NCBI RefSeq assembly: GCF_009914755.1
Contig: NC_060933.1
Reading direction: 5' to 3' (one strand)
DNA: 64,000 nucleotides
DNA from: the human T2T-CHM13v2.0 reference genome, Homo sapiens
Part shown: positions 28,977-45,794 of the stretch, piece by piece
Layout of the letters: every line of letters starts with the position of its first letter
Numbering within the stretch: position 1 is the stretch's first letter
The notes under the pieces: model-generated
What the model saw: only the letters and a program-made list of their open reading frames with translations
Told to the model about the DNA's origin: nothing
Database searches by the model: none
Made by a program: the position numbers and the translations under genes

Positions 28977-30594
28977 TGATATATATTTTTAAGAGAACAC
29001 AATAAATAGCACTCCATTACTTGCCTGAGTTCTGAACACATTGAGAAATAGGACAAAAGAATCAATAGATGGAAAATGAAAGTATCATCTTCATGGTTAA
29101 TAAAGGCTAAGATGAGCTCAGTGTGAGACTCACATGAGGCTGTAAATCCCAGCCTGGGGAGGACCTACCTTTCCAGTCTCAGGCCACATTGGACCCTGCT
29201 GTGGGGACAGAGCCTGTCTCTGGAGGAGCTGGGTAAACTTCACGTTCTCTATGATCTGGCCAACTTCCGAGAGGAAGAGGCAGGATTATGCATGTTAAAT
29301 TTATGTCACCAAGTTCACCACCCAACTGAATGACTCCCAGGGGAGGAGTAAGCTAGAAGTGGAATGAGGCCAGGAATGTCATGGAGATAGAGAGTCTTCC
29401 ATACAGAAAGAGACATCAAGAATGGGGAAGAGTTTTTTTTTTTTTTCCTCTTAAACAATCAGGACTAACCCCTAAACCTGTGCTTATCCATGGAGTGGTT
29501 TTCCCCCTGCCGGAGGGGATCAGTGGGTCAGCAGGGCTGTCCCATTCCCATCCTCAGGAGGCTGTTCCCCATACCAGCCACTGCTCACCAGCACAGCATC
29601 TTGCCTTGGTTTATATACAAGATAATGCTTGTAGTTTAGTTCACAATCTAGAAATATGTACTTTTAAAATTTCTAATAGTTGGTATAGATCTTGAAAGAA
29701 ATCAGCTGTAGGTAAATATATCTTGATAATTATGAAGTTAGAGGAATAAATCTTTTTCTTTTTAGGATATTGGCTAAAAAGGGAGGTTGAGAATTCTCTC
29801 TTTTTCTGTCTCTCTCCGTCTCTTTCTTGCCTTCCTCCAAAGGCCCATCTGTTCTCTGCTCCAAATTTATGTCTCTCAATCCCAAAAAATATAGTTGGCT
29901 TTAAAACTCTTTATAATTTTGAAATGGTCTTCTATTTTCCTATAGTTGTTATAGCTTAATACTATGCAATCAGGAAGATTGCCTAATGCTCATAATTTGT
30001 AATAGATATGCAATTGTAATTGATCTTGGATACACATTTATGATTTTTCCCTCTTCAAACTGAATTCAAAGATAACATTAACCTAGGGTACATGGAGACC
30101 TGGGATTAAATGTTTTGAAGAACTAAGTATAGCTGAATTAGTATAGCTTACAAGTATGTAAATTATAAAGACTCTCTCCCTTTATGTGCACCCAGTACCC
30201 TTGGGAACTGGTTATTAAGTTCGGATCACATCCTATACCTTTAAAGATGAAACAAGATCTCAATTTTACATGTTTTTTGTTCTGTGACAGCAATTCTGCT
30301 TGTCTGTGATATGTCTCCTAACTTCAGCATATGCACACTGGCCACTTCTCAGCATGAGGAATGGATGTATATGTTTCAGAACAAAAGCTGTAAAAATGGA
30401 TTTTTAGTGCCCTGTAAAGAAGCCTGGAAAATCTTGAAAGAAACAGAAGGGGGGAAGTTGAAGGGGCAGTGGAAGAATTTGCTATTGGCACTAAATCAGA
30501 GGAGGCTAAAACATAATCACAGTATAAGATTTGCAAATGTTCTCTTTCAAAAGTGCTTCGATCTCTGAGAGGTACCAATGTTGCATTACTTTGA

Positions 30595-30600
<6 letters not shown>

Positions 30601-30634
<34 letters not shown>

Positions 30635-30641
30635 CACACAC
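30601..30641. repeat. (CA)n microsatellite
   Basis: Direct reading. Confidence 0.97.
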
Positions 30642-30789
30642 AGCTTCATATATCCTGCAGTGAACTGTAATCTGTCAGCACAATAGCTGGGATGGAGTGA
30701 GAATCAGTATCTGATTTAACAGTAAAGTAGAAAATTTCCTTCCTGTCTTTTTCTTTCCTCTTTGAATATTCTACCTATGTTTATTTACA

Positions 30790-31140
30790 ACATAGCCTCT
30801 TGGATCTTTGAGAGATAGAGGGGACCTTACTTAGAAAGACAGTCTAATTTCCCAGCAAATTTAAGAATGCTCTTTCTAGCATTTCAAATTGTGATCTTCC
30901 TACCTGTATTTGAACAGGTAGGAAAGGGATGCTCCCAAATGCTAAGGACAATGGTGTTCTTTGTAGATGCTGCTAACAATTAGAAAACTCTTATATCAAA
31001 TTTGACCTTTCTCTCCCCATAATTTCTAGTCTATGGTCTTCATTCAGTCTTTTGGAAGTTAGGAACCAAAAAGACTAAATTTAGTTTCCCCCAACCCCTC
31101 CTTCTCACAAGACTCTTCGATGTTGGAAGTAACCTCTCAT
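30790..31140 (-). mobile_element. L3/CR1-like relic
   Basis: ggggacctta...gtatttgaaca...ctaacaattagaaaactctt...tggtcttcattc order resembles the L3 3' region. Confidence 0.45.
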
Positions 31141-31210
31141 ATTATGGTAAGCCTGCCCCCACACCACCCATGCTTATATTCAAATACTGCCCATAGCGGG
31201 AAGTGGCATT

Positions 31211-31258
31211 TCTAGGGGAGAATTAACATCTTAATATCAATTTTCCAATCCAGAAAGA

Positions 31259-31339
<81 letters not shown>

Positions 31340-33355
31340 TATATATATATACACATATATATATATACACATATATATATATATACATATATATCTCCAT
31401 CTCAGTATTCATTAGTTTGCTTCAGTAATGCTTTTAATCATTTTAATGTGCAGGTTTGATATAATTTAGTTAAATTTATCTCTAAGTATTTAAATTTTTT
31501 TAAATTTTTAAAAAATTTTTAAATTGAGATATAATTCACACATGATAAAATTTATCCCTGTAAAGTATGTAAGTCAATGGTTTTTACTATATTCATAAAG
31601 TTGTGCAAAAATCACCATTTCATAGTTTTAAAATTTTATTGTAAATTTCAATTTCCAATTATTTACATATAGTATCATAGTTGGTACTACCTAGATATAC
31701 AATTGAGTTTTGCATTTTGACTTTGTATCTTGAGACCTTGCTAAACTCATTAATTAGTTCTAATAAGGTTTGGGTTTTTTTTACATTCCATAGGATTTTC
31801 TATACAATCATGTCATCATTGAAAAATATAGTCTTAATTATTCTTTTCTTATATCTATCTTTTACTTCTTTACTTTGTATTATTATTAAACTTCCATTAA
31901 AATGGTGAATGGCAGTGGTGAGAGCAAGCATATTTGCCTCATTCCTGATCTTAGGAGAAAGCATTTAGTTTTTCACCATTAGGTATCATGTAGCTATAGG
32001 TTTTTTATACATGCCCTTTATGAAATTGTAGTTTCCTTCAACTCTTAGTTTGCTGAGAGTTATTTTAATAAATGGATATTTAATTTTGTCAAATGGTTTT
32101 TCTGCACCTGTTGGTATTACTATATGGTTTTCCTTTTAAAATATGTTAATATGGTGAATTACATTAGTAAATTAATTTGAAAATGTTAAATGAACCTTGC
32201 CTTTGGGGATGAACCTCCCTTGGTCATGATGTATTATACTTTTTCTATATTGGTTTATTTGATTTTTAAAAAAATTTAAAAGTTTTGCATCTATGTGCAC
32301 AAGGAATATTGATCTGTGATTTCTTTCCCTTCCCCCCACCTCCATCTCTCTTTTCTCTCCTTCCTTTCCTTCCTTTCTTTTTCTTCTTTCTTTTGCTAAC
32401 CATTTAATGGTGGCCTTATAAAATAAACTTGAAAGTGTTCCCTTTCTTTCTGTTTTCTGGAAGATTTGTGTAGAATTGGCATTGCACTCCTGTAAATGCT
32501 TAGTAGAAATTACCTAGAGAAACATTTGGGGCTTGATATTTCTTTGTGAGAATGTTTCCAATGCTGAACTCAATTTATTTAATAGATATAGGCCTATAGG
32601 TTATTTATTTATTTATTTCTTGAGTGAGTTTTGGTGGTTTATATCTTTAAAAAATTGCCAATTTAATCTTTGTCAAATTTGTTGTCACAAAGTTTTCTTG
32701 CAATTCTCTCATTATTCTGTCTGTAGGATCTCTGAGCAGTTTTCTTTCTTTCACTGCTAATATTGGTAATTTGTCTGCTCTTTTCTGATCAGTCTACCTA
32801 GTGTTTTATCAATTTTGCTGACTTTTTCAAAGAACTGTAATTGATTTGCTTTATTTTTTCTTGGTTTTTTATTTTTCCAATTTCTGATCTTATCTTTATT
32901 ACTTCCTTTCTTCCACTTACATTAGATTTAACTTACTTTTTAATTCTGGTCCCGTAAGGTGGAAGATTAGATAATTGATTTTAAACTTATCTTCTCTAAT
33001 ATTGATATTCTACGCTATAAATTCTCTCTAGTCGTTAGTTTAGCTGCCTCTCATAATTGTAACACACTGTGTTATCATTTTCATTCAGTTTTAAATATTT
33101 TCCAAATTCCTTTGTGATTATTTTTTGATTCATGCATTATTTAGAAATATGTTGTTTAATTTTTAAATATTTGGGACTTTTTCAGATATTCTTCTAACAT
33201 TGATTTCTAGTTCAATTCCATTGTGGTAAAATTTCAGTCCTTAAACTTATTGATACTTGTTTTATGGTCTAGACTATAGTGTCTTCGTAAATGTTTCATG
33301 TATACTTGAAATGAATATACATTCTACATTCTGCCAGTTCTGAGTAGTGTGTTCT
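31211..33355 (-). mobile_element. Ancient L1M ORF2 fragments with a nested L1MB-type 3' end (~31500-31620)
   Basis: Degenerate antisense ORF2 (ttttgcattttgactttgtatcttgagaccttgctaaactc, etc.). Confidence 0.8.
31261..31394. repeat. Compound (TA)n/(CA)n microsatellite
   Basis: Direct reading. Confidence 0.97.
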
Positions 33356-33399
33356 TTACCACAACAGGTTTCCTTTATTCATTCCACATCACTTATACC

Positions 33400-33578
33400 A
33401 CCATATGATATGATATTATAGATTTATTTCTTTACTTGGCTTGTTTTCTGCTCCCCCAATCTCCCCCTTCCCCACCGTACAATTGGAATGTATACTCTGT
33501 GAGGGCAGGAGCTTGACTGTTTTGTTTACTCCAGTATTCTCAGTTCCTGAATGATTAAATAAATGAGTGGATGAATTC
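33400..33578 (+). mobile_element. L2 3' end
   Basis: gaatgtatactctgtgagggcagga...gttttgtttact...tgaatga tail. Confidence 0.7.
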
Positions 33579-34656
33579 ATGAACTTTTCTCAAAACATCA
33601 AGAAAGTGTATATACTAGAAGTTATGTACAGGCTAGACCATAGGGCTCAGATGAGTACTTTAAAACTTTTCCTCTTTGGTTAGAATAAAAAATGTGAAAA
33701 CTTACATCATGTACATATTTACCTAAAAAATCAGCCATTAAGAAAAATAATTTGTATGTGTCACACACAATTACTTCTTAAATTCAGAATTCAAGAAAAT
33801 ACTAACCCACTTCATTTGTCAAAATTTATTTATAGAATTAAGAGGGGAAATATAAACAACAACCACTATAAAATGTAATGTAAAATGATCTCATTTACAT
33901 TAGCAACATTAAAGAAAATCTAGTGATACACTTAACAAAAATGTTTAAGATCTACATGAAGAAATCTTCAAAACACTATTAAGAGATAGAAAAGTTTAAA
34001 TAAATGCTTATTTCTTGGAAAGGAATACTCAATATTATCAGCTGTCTATTCATATTATATTAATCTACAAAGTTAAAATAATGCCAAAATAAATACTAAA
34101 GGTTTCTCTGGTGTATCAGGAAAAAGAAATCTGCCAGAGTAGAAAGGAAGATTCTGAAAAAGAAGACCAAGAGTCAGTGGTAACTGGCCCTCCATGTGTT
34201 CAAGTTTATAACTGCTGTAATTCAAACTCTGTAGTACAGAATCAGACTTAGACAATGAAAAAGTCAATGAAAAAGAAAGGGAGTCCAGAAATACACCCAA
34301 ATACTTATAGGAACTTATGCTATCCCAAAGACACCATTTCATTTTAGTGAAGAAATGATGACTTAATTAATGCATGGTATTAGGACAAGTGAGATGTCAC
34401 CTGGAAAAAAAAGTATTTTAAAAAGTTGGATTCCTACTTTACTCCTTATACCACAATAAATTCCAGCCAGATCAAATATTTAAATGTAAAAAATAAAGCC
34501 ATAAATTTCAAGACAAAAATAACTGAATAATTTTTTATAATCTTGGAGACTTTGGAAACATGACACAAAATTGAAATGCTATTAAAAAGAATAACACTTG
34601 ACTATTAAAATGTTTTAAATTGTCTTATAAAATGCCATAAGCAAAGTCAAAAGCGA

Positions 34657-35592
34657 CTTAGGCTATAGTGAATAGTAGCTGCAAAAAACATGGGAATGAA
34701 GATGTCTCTTCTATAACTGATTTCGTTTCTTTTGGATGTATTCCCAGCGGTGGGATTGCTGGGTCATGTGGCAGTTCTATTTTTAGTTTTTTGAGAAACC
34801 TCCATACTGTTTTCTATGGTGGCTGTACTACTTTACATTCCCACCACCATATAAGCATGCTCCTTTCTCTGCATCCTCATCAGCATTGTCATTTTTTGTC
34901 TTTTTGATAATAGTCATTTTAACTGTGGTGAGAGGGTATCTTACTACGGTTTTGATTTGCGTTTCCCTGATGATTAGTGTTGTTGAACATTTTTCATACA
35001 CCTGTTGGCCATTTGTATGTCTTCTTTTGAGTAATGTCTATTCAGGTTTTCCCACATGTCCGTCAATGAATGAATGAGTAAAGAAAATGTGTTATATGGA
35101 CGCAATGGAATGTTATTCCATATAAAAAAGAATGAAATACTGTAATTTTCAACAACATGCATAGAACTGGAGGTCATTATTTAAAGTGAAATAAGCCAGG
35201 CACAGAAAGACAAATATTGCAAGTTCTCACTCATATGTGGGAGCTAAAACCGTAGATCTCATGGAGGTAGAGAGTAGAACAGTGGTTACCAGAGGTTGAC
35301 AAGGGTGGGGGTGATGAAGAGAGGTTGGTTAAGGGGTACAAACATACAGTTAGAAGGAATAAGTTCTAGTGTTTGATAAAACACTAGGGAGACTATAGTT
35401 CACCATAATTTATTGTATATTTCCAAATAACTGGAAGAGAAGAATTGGAATGTTTCCAATACAAAGATCGGATAAATATTTGAAGTAGTAGACTCCCAGT
35501 TATCCTGATTTGATCATTACACATTGCATAAATGTATCAAAATATCAAATGTACCCCCAAAATATGTACAACTATCACATATACATAGAAAA
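34657..35592 (+). mobile_element. L1MA6/7-like element with 5' inversion (34657-35054 inverted)
   Basis: An antisense segment is joined directly to a sense 3' end. Degenerate TSD aaaagcgactt/aaaagtcactt. Confidence 0.85.
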
Positions 35593-36110
35593 GTCACTTT
35601 GAAAAAAACTGTGAATATTTTTGACAAAGAAAGGCTAACATCATTGATGTCATCAAGAGCACTCATGTTTCAGCAAGAAAAAAAAGCCCAGTAGCCAAAT
35701 TTTAAAAGTGGGCAAAGGACACAATCAGTTCATTGAAATGGAAATAAAAATAGCTTTGAAACATATTGAAAAATATTCAGAACTTCTCATAGTAAGAGAA
35801 ATGTGAATTAAAGTTGCAACAAGATGCCATCTTCTGTCTATCAGATTGACAAAGATTAAAAAATTTAGTAGCATATGTTTTCAGCAAGGGTGCGAGGAGA
35901 CAGAAACTCATATGTTTTGGGTCAGAATGTAAATTGGAGAGCAATTTGGCAATATCTATCAGAATTTTAAAGTTTATAGCTTTTGACCTGGTTATTTCGC
36001 TTCTAGTCATTGATCACTCAGTGGTGTTGGTACACATATACAAAGACATGTATCTACAAGGATATCAGCATTGCCTGTCCTTACAAAATTGGAAAGGACC
36101 TAATATCCAA

Positions 36111-36548
36111 TGTGGTGTTCCACCTGCATCCCCTTCCCTGGGCCAGTGCATCTGTCTCCCGCCACTGTGAGTGTTGGCTGCTGACGGCTCACAGCTCACC
36201 CTTCCCCAGAGAATTACCCTCAACTGACCAGGAACTTCCTCACCTGGAAGTAGCTGGGAGGTTATCCAGACGACCATTTCTTTGTATATTGGCAATATAC
36301 AAAGCCAATATCTATTGTATATTGTGGTACAAAAACTCAAAATGTTTTCCTGCTGCCATGCATGCTCCAGTGCTCCCCATGGGATCAGGTTTGACTTGAC
36401 TAAAACCTCATCTTTCCTTAGCTTCTTCCCCAGCCTAACTTTTCTCTCTGGTTTCTATATAAGATTCTCTTGAAAGCACTTCTCGATAAATCGCTGGCAT
36501 GAGAGTCTCCCCCTTAGGTTGTGCTTCTAGAGAATCTCACCTAAGACA
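36111..36548 (+). mobile_element. LTR16-family (ERVL) solo LTR
   Basis: TG...CA ends; gagtgttggctgctgacggctcacagct...gaattaccctca...cccatgggatcagg...acctaagaca. Confidence 0.75.
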
Positions 36549-37659
36549 TTCATCAACAGGGTACTGGTTAAATAAATGACAGTATTCCATATAATGGAGT
36601 ACCACCTAGACATTAAGAAGAGAGAAGCAACTATTCTCTATATACTGACATGGAAGTCTCAAAATAGAGTGAAAAAAGCAAGTTATAGATTAATATGAAT
36701 AATATATTACCATTTATGTTAAAATGGCAATTTACAAATATAGTTGAATATTCATAGAATATCTCTTTGTATAGAATATCTCTGCATAACAGTGTTTGCT
36801 TGTTGCAGAGGGGAGGCCAATTGGGGTCTATGAAATTAGAAGGAAGAAGATAGAGTGAATTTTGCACTATATACTTTTTCTACCTTTTAAATATTCTACT
36901 ATGTAAATAAATTATCTGTTATATTATTTCAACAGTGGTAAAAAAGCATTAGTATTTTCAAATAGCTTCAGTGTTTTGAAACAAAGCATTAGTAGTATCA
37001 AATATCTTCAGTTTAGGATAATATCATTTATCAGAAATATTTCTTCTGCCCTTAGGAATAAATTACATTTAAAAAAATTAGCATGTCAGTACTCTAAATG
37101 AAAAAGTATGTTTTTGAAGTCCCTAGAGGGTGCAAAAAAACTATCTCATTATCTATATCTTAAGAATTATCTCTGCAATTCTGTTAATTTTCTTAGTAAA
37201 CACTTCCCTTATAGATAATGGCACTGCAACTTCCAGCTGGCCCTTTTTAAATGATCACAAATTGCCATGTATCTCCATTTAAATGAATTGTGCTTTTTGT
37301 TAACCTGAGTTTAATTACCATTCATTTTACCGCATTAATTATGATAGATTTCCTGCCTCCTTCATACCTGTGGCCACATAGACATTGCACCATTATTAGT
37401 GCTTTTGGCATCTGGTTACAAATTATACACACACATCTGCTGTGAATTGTGGATTACATTAAGAATCAAACATACTGGATTTAGGGCTTCAACACAGAAA
37501 GTGATGTCAATGCACAGTCCTGAAACATGAGACCACACATTGTCTCTGCCTCATAGAACAGAGGTCATGACTATACAAAAAACCTTTTTGCAGCTGAGAC
37601 ATGGTTGAATATATTTCATACATCTCTCACTGTCCATTTCATGAGACCAGGGTATATAA

Positions 37660-38005
<346 letters not shown>

Positions 38006-38329
38006 GGGTTGCTAATCTTTGAGGCAGGCAACACACATCCAAAATGCTTTACCCTACCATCTCCCCTCCCTGCCTCTCACTCCCGCCACATTGGTATATC
38101 CATTCAGAGACGGCACAGGAAATGCAGAGTGGGAAGGCTGGTACGAATGCTATTGTGGCAGTGGTGGTCATTTATTTGTTCACGTGTTCTTTCATTCAAT
38201 AAGCATTTAATGATTCCTGTGATGTGCCGGGCACTGTGCTAAAGGAAAGGACAAGCCATAGTGAATATAGTATCTAGCCTTGAGGGGTAGAGACTTACTT
38301 TTGAGAGTCAGAGAGTAAGTAAATGTCTT

Positions 38330-39500
<1,171 letters not shown>

Positions 39501-39576
39501 TACTCTTATAATACATTAAAATATTGTACCAAATGGGAAGGAAGAGATATAAATACCACCAAATTCATTCTGCACT

Positions 39577-39940
39577 TGATGTGGTTTGGCTGTGTCCCCA
39601 CCCAAATCTCATCTTGAATTGTAGCTCCCATAATCCCCACGTGTCATGGGAGGGACGTGGTGGAAGGTAATTGAATCATGGGGGTGGGTTTTTCCTGTGC
39701 TGCTCTCCTGATACTGAACAAGTTTCACAAGATCTGATGGTTTTATAAAGGGTAGTTCCCCTCCACATACTCTCTTGCCTGCTATCATGTAAGACGTGAC
39801 TTTGCTCCTCCTTCGCCTTCCGCCATGATTTTGAGGCCTCCCCAGTCATGTGGAACTGTGAGTCCGTTAAACATCTTTCCTTTATAAATTACCCAGTCTT
39901 GAGTATGTCTTTGTTAGCTGCATGAGAACAGACTAATACA
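39577..39940 (+). mobile_element. THE1B solo LTR, complete
   Basis: 364 bp, tgatgtggtttggctgtgtcccc...gactaataca, perfect 5-bp TSD gcact. Confidence 0.93.
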
Positions 39941-40581
39941 GCACTCAATCCAATATTTTAAATGATTTTTTGCTCAAACTCTTTAATGATTTCTTATGTC
40001 CTTCTGAATACAACTGCCCCATGACATCTCAAAATTCCTCTCGGATAGATTGCTTGTTCACAATTACACTTTGTTGTCTCACTGGAAAGCTTGGGCTCTT
40101 TCTAAAAACTTACTCTAAAAAGCTCTTGGCATCCTCCCCAAATATTTATTTGAAAATTTTTGCTGGGCTGTGTCTGTCTCACCTGGAGCTCTTTGGATGC
40201 TTCATATCCTTTTAATCCAGGAAAGCAGATGTATTATTTCTCTGTTTTCTTTTTCACCACTCTCTTATGTTTTCAAAGTGTTCATTTTAACACCAAATAA
40301 AATTAGCCTTTCACTGGAAGGTCAAACATGAGTGTAGCTGGCAAAAATGTACTATGTCAATAATATGACTGGAATCGTAACAATAACAAAGTATGGGATA
40401 TTGCATATGATAGGCATGGAAATAAAAGCTGAAATGCAACATTTTGTAGTTGGAAAAGGGAATATTTTAAAGAATATTTTGTATTAAGTATTAAATTTTA
40501 AGAGATAATGTAAGGTTGGGGTATATATATTATGGATACAGACAACAAAACAATCTACAAGATACCACGGTTAGAAAATAA

Positions 40582-42191
<1,610 letters not shown>

Positions 42192-42236
42192 AGAAAATAA
42201 ATCCTTGGGCATGATGATGTAACTTTTGTTTTTTAC

Positions 42237-42545
42237 TTTTTCTTTTCTTTCTTTTTTTTTTTTGAGACAGAGTCTCACTTGGTCGCCTAGGCTGGAGTGC
42301 AGTGCTGTGATCTTGGTTCACGGCAACCTCCGCTTCCCAGGTTCAAGCGATTTTCCTGCCTTAGCCTCCCATGTAGCTGGGAGTACAGGCACATGCCAAC
42401 AGGCCCAGATAATTTTTGTATTTTTAGTAGAGATGGGGTTTCACCAAGTTGGCCAGGTTGATCTTGAACTCCTGACCTCAAGTGATCTGCCCGCCTCGGC
42501 CTCTCAAAGTGCTGGAATTATAGGCGTGAGCCACTGTGCCTGGCC
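42237..42545 (-). mobile_element. AluS (Sz/Sx-like)
   Basis: Full Alu with degenerate TSD t(g/a)ttttttac. Confidence 0.92.
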
Positions 42546-45124
42546 TATTTTTTACCATTTCTAAAAGACATTTCCCATTTGGTTGAATTCAGAAATTCAA
42601 ATATACATATATATAACTTGGAGTTGTCTTTTGCAATATTGCTGATATTCAGGTCAGTATTCCCAGTAAAATGTATTCAGCATGATATAACTTAACATAA
42701 AAATATTTTCCAGGCTTTATCTGAAGTGTGTAGTTTCAGTTTGGTATGTATTTCTGTTGTGACTAAAGAGAAGGATTTTTCTTACTATCTAAGTTTTCTA
42801 TATATAAGATCCTAGAGTGGTTCTCATTCATTCAAAATATATTTATTGCATACCCAGTATGTTTCTGGCAATATGTTTTTATGATAATTCTATTATGTCC
42901 TGAAAATGTCTTACAGTGGTATTTTATAATGGCAAAATTTTTGGCAAGTTTCACAAGTATGTACTTTTTTCAAAATAGCTTCTTTATTCAATGCCAAAAA
43001 AATAGAAATTGGACAAATCATCTTGTCAACTTTAATGACTAATTTGGAATCACCGAGAATAACTGCTTATTTATGAAAATCAGAAATAAACCCATTCTCT
43101 AAAAGACAGGGGGATGGTGTTAGTGTGAAAGATCCTGCAGTGTGATTGTGTTTCATGAACATATATAAACTTTAGATATATCAGTTTAATATTTGTTAAT
43201 GATGGGCAGGTACTGAGGTAAAAAAATTAACCTACTTGAGAATATGTTAACTAATCTACAGAGGACATTAGTTTATGCAGTCCTTGGATATAAGAAAATT
43301 TGTATTATTTTATTTCCTGAAACTATGTTAGACTGAAGGTCATACAAAAATTAAGAGGTCTTTCATAGTCCAGACCCCTGGAGAAGGATCCACTTGCCTT
43401 CAGTCCACACTGGTCACTTTTGAAAGGCTCCTTGGCCAGGTTCTTGTATCTTGGACCTCACTCTGTGAGCCTTGCAGTTTTAGGACAGTGGTGAGGGGAC
43501 ATCTCTGAGAGAATAGATAGATGAGTTCCTGGCACTGGGAGCTTGAGATGGAGTATAGAGCAGAAAAAGCAGGTACTCAGGGGCTGAAAGAAAGAACAGA
43601 AGATGCCCTTCTTCAGGCCGGATATTTACCAGCTGGGCAGGTGGGTTGGTGCTCAGAGAAGTTCTCAACTATGACCATGAAGTCAGCAGATTCATACTTC
43701 TTCCAAATTTCCCCCCTTTTTAGCCTGTAAAGCCACAGCTAAGCCAGTGCTGGTTCTGAATTACTTCCCTATGCACGATGTGTAAATGATTGAAATCAGA
43801 TGAGCCATAGACTGTAAATTCACTTGTATAAATGTGTGAATTATTGACATGGATCCAATTAAATGGGGAATGGTAGCAAGAAGTAGTCCTTGGTCCTTCA
43901 TTGTAGGGAGAAAAAGTTTTAGAGGGAGGATACTGCAGAATGGAGTTTCTGATGGAAAATGTTTCCACCCTCACAGATTTTAAATAACTCTTCTTTAGGG
44001 AGGTCAGTGAGGCTACAGGGAGCCAGAGGGTGGCCCCTGCTGACTGTTTCAAGGCTGTCCTTCCCCTCTTCTCAGGCCTTTCACCTGTTGGTGTCATTTC
44101 ACATGCGTGATAATCTTCAAACCCAGCTCTGCCACCATCTACCTTCCCCATTGCTGCCCTTCTGCCCCAAAGGATTTGAGAACAACATAAAACAATAAAT
44201 ACTCAGCTCCCCATGAGCTGCCATTCACTTCAACTTGGCTCTCACCAGTGCTTGACACATCTTCTCTCCATTTCTCCCTGGCAGGTCTCCAAAAGGGCTG
44301 CTTTAAACCATTCCTCTCTCCTTAGCCCCCAGTCCCACATGCTGAGAGTCAAGAGAACATGTGTGAGAACGTAGGTGTGGGCATCAGATGGAACTCAGCA
44401 CTCACCAGCTGCAGGACCTTGGTTGCATTTCCTAACTACATCTGGAAAAGAAAGATGATCATAACTAGAACTTAACCTTTGAAGGTTTTATGAGCATGAA
44501 AAGATGTCTGGAAAGAACTTAGCCCACCAGGACAGGGCTCCGTGAATGTCATCTGTGACTGTGGGTACCCTTCCTTCAAATGAGTGAACAATACCCTCCT
44601 CATTGACTTGGAAAACAAGTGCCCCTAGCATGCTCCTTCAACTACTTGATATTAATTTCCACATATAACTCACTCTTTCCACTTAATCGCCTTTTCCAAA
44701 ATGTACCTCCACCCCTGTGTTACTGGATGCCATTGTTTGTGCCTCAGGCTCCTTGTTGTTGTCATTATCCCACCTTCTCTGGGACTTTCCTTGGCCTTTA
44801 GGAAAACTTTATACTTTGAAACAAGTGGGCTGAAATTCTGTCTTCTCTTGGATGACCTGGCACCATCGCTACTATGTGTCACTTGTGTCCCCCACTTCTT
44901 CCTGTGTCATCTCCTGTGGTTCAGTTCTTAGTGTTTCAGTCTTTGCTTTTGACCCATTCACTCCAAGGGCTTCCAGAGGATGTTGAATGGGACAAAATAT
45001 TGCTATGTGACCCACATTTGAGAAGATCCAATGACAGTTGGATCCAGGCACCTCCCTATGACTTACCACTGGGAGGCAGAACTACCCAGTTAAGGAAGGT
45101 GGTATTTGTCCTTTTCCAAAGATA

Positions 45125-45355
45125 GCATAGTGGTTAAGTGCACAGATATTTGGAGTCAGACTACTTGGGTTTGAATCCAGCCTCTGCCACTTACTAACTG
45201 TATGCTTTTAGTTGAGTCACTTAACCTAGTTGAATTATTTAACTTCTCTGTGCCTCTGGTTTCTCATTTGTTAAATAGAGATAATAAAAGTTTCTTACTC
45301 CATAGGTCAATTGAATTAACTGAATCCACTATTAAGAACAGCAATTATGTCACTA
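45125..45355 (+). mobile_element. MIR
   Basis: gcatagtggttaag...tggagtcagac...gggtttgaatcc...ctctgccacttacta. Confidence 0.85.
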
Positions 45356-45794
45356 TAATTCCCCAATCCTTCTGCCCTGCCCCAAGTCCCACTAAGGGAG
45401 GAGAGAAGAAAAGAAGGAATGAACCATGCTTGCCTCTAACTTCAAGTCTCCCCAGCAAGGGATCAAAATCGTGTAGAAGGGAAGGGGAGGGGAAGAGGTG
45501 AGATTTCAATCACATTTGAGATAGAAACATTTAACTGGTTTGAAATTTTAATACCTTTTCAAAAAACATGCCTGGAAAGCTATGAGATATGTTCAAGATG
45601 TAATTATGAACTAAAAAGGCTGTATTGCAGTTTTTTAGAAAAATAAAAATGATTTCATTTAAATTCACCAACTTGATTCCTCAGTAATACTCATAATAAT
45701 GATGATGATGGTAGCTAGCTGAATTCAGGATTTTTTTTTTGATATTCACTACCATGGCAAACTGTCAAACTTAAAAAATCATTTATAACTCATA

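Larger units (their letters stand above)
33640..36910 (+). mobile_element. Ancient L1M(E) host element, interrupted by L1MA and LTR16
   Basis: A-rich degenerate ORF2 and 3'UTR that are collinear across both insertions. Confidence 0.7.

Noticed and set aside
43720-44151. 143-aa minus-strand ORF
   Set aside because: No recognisable homology or exon structure; the length is compatible with chance in 64 kb.
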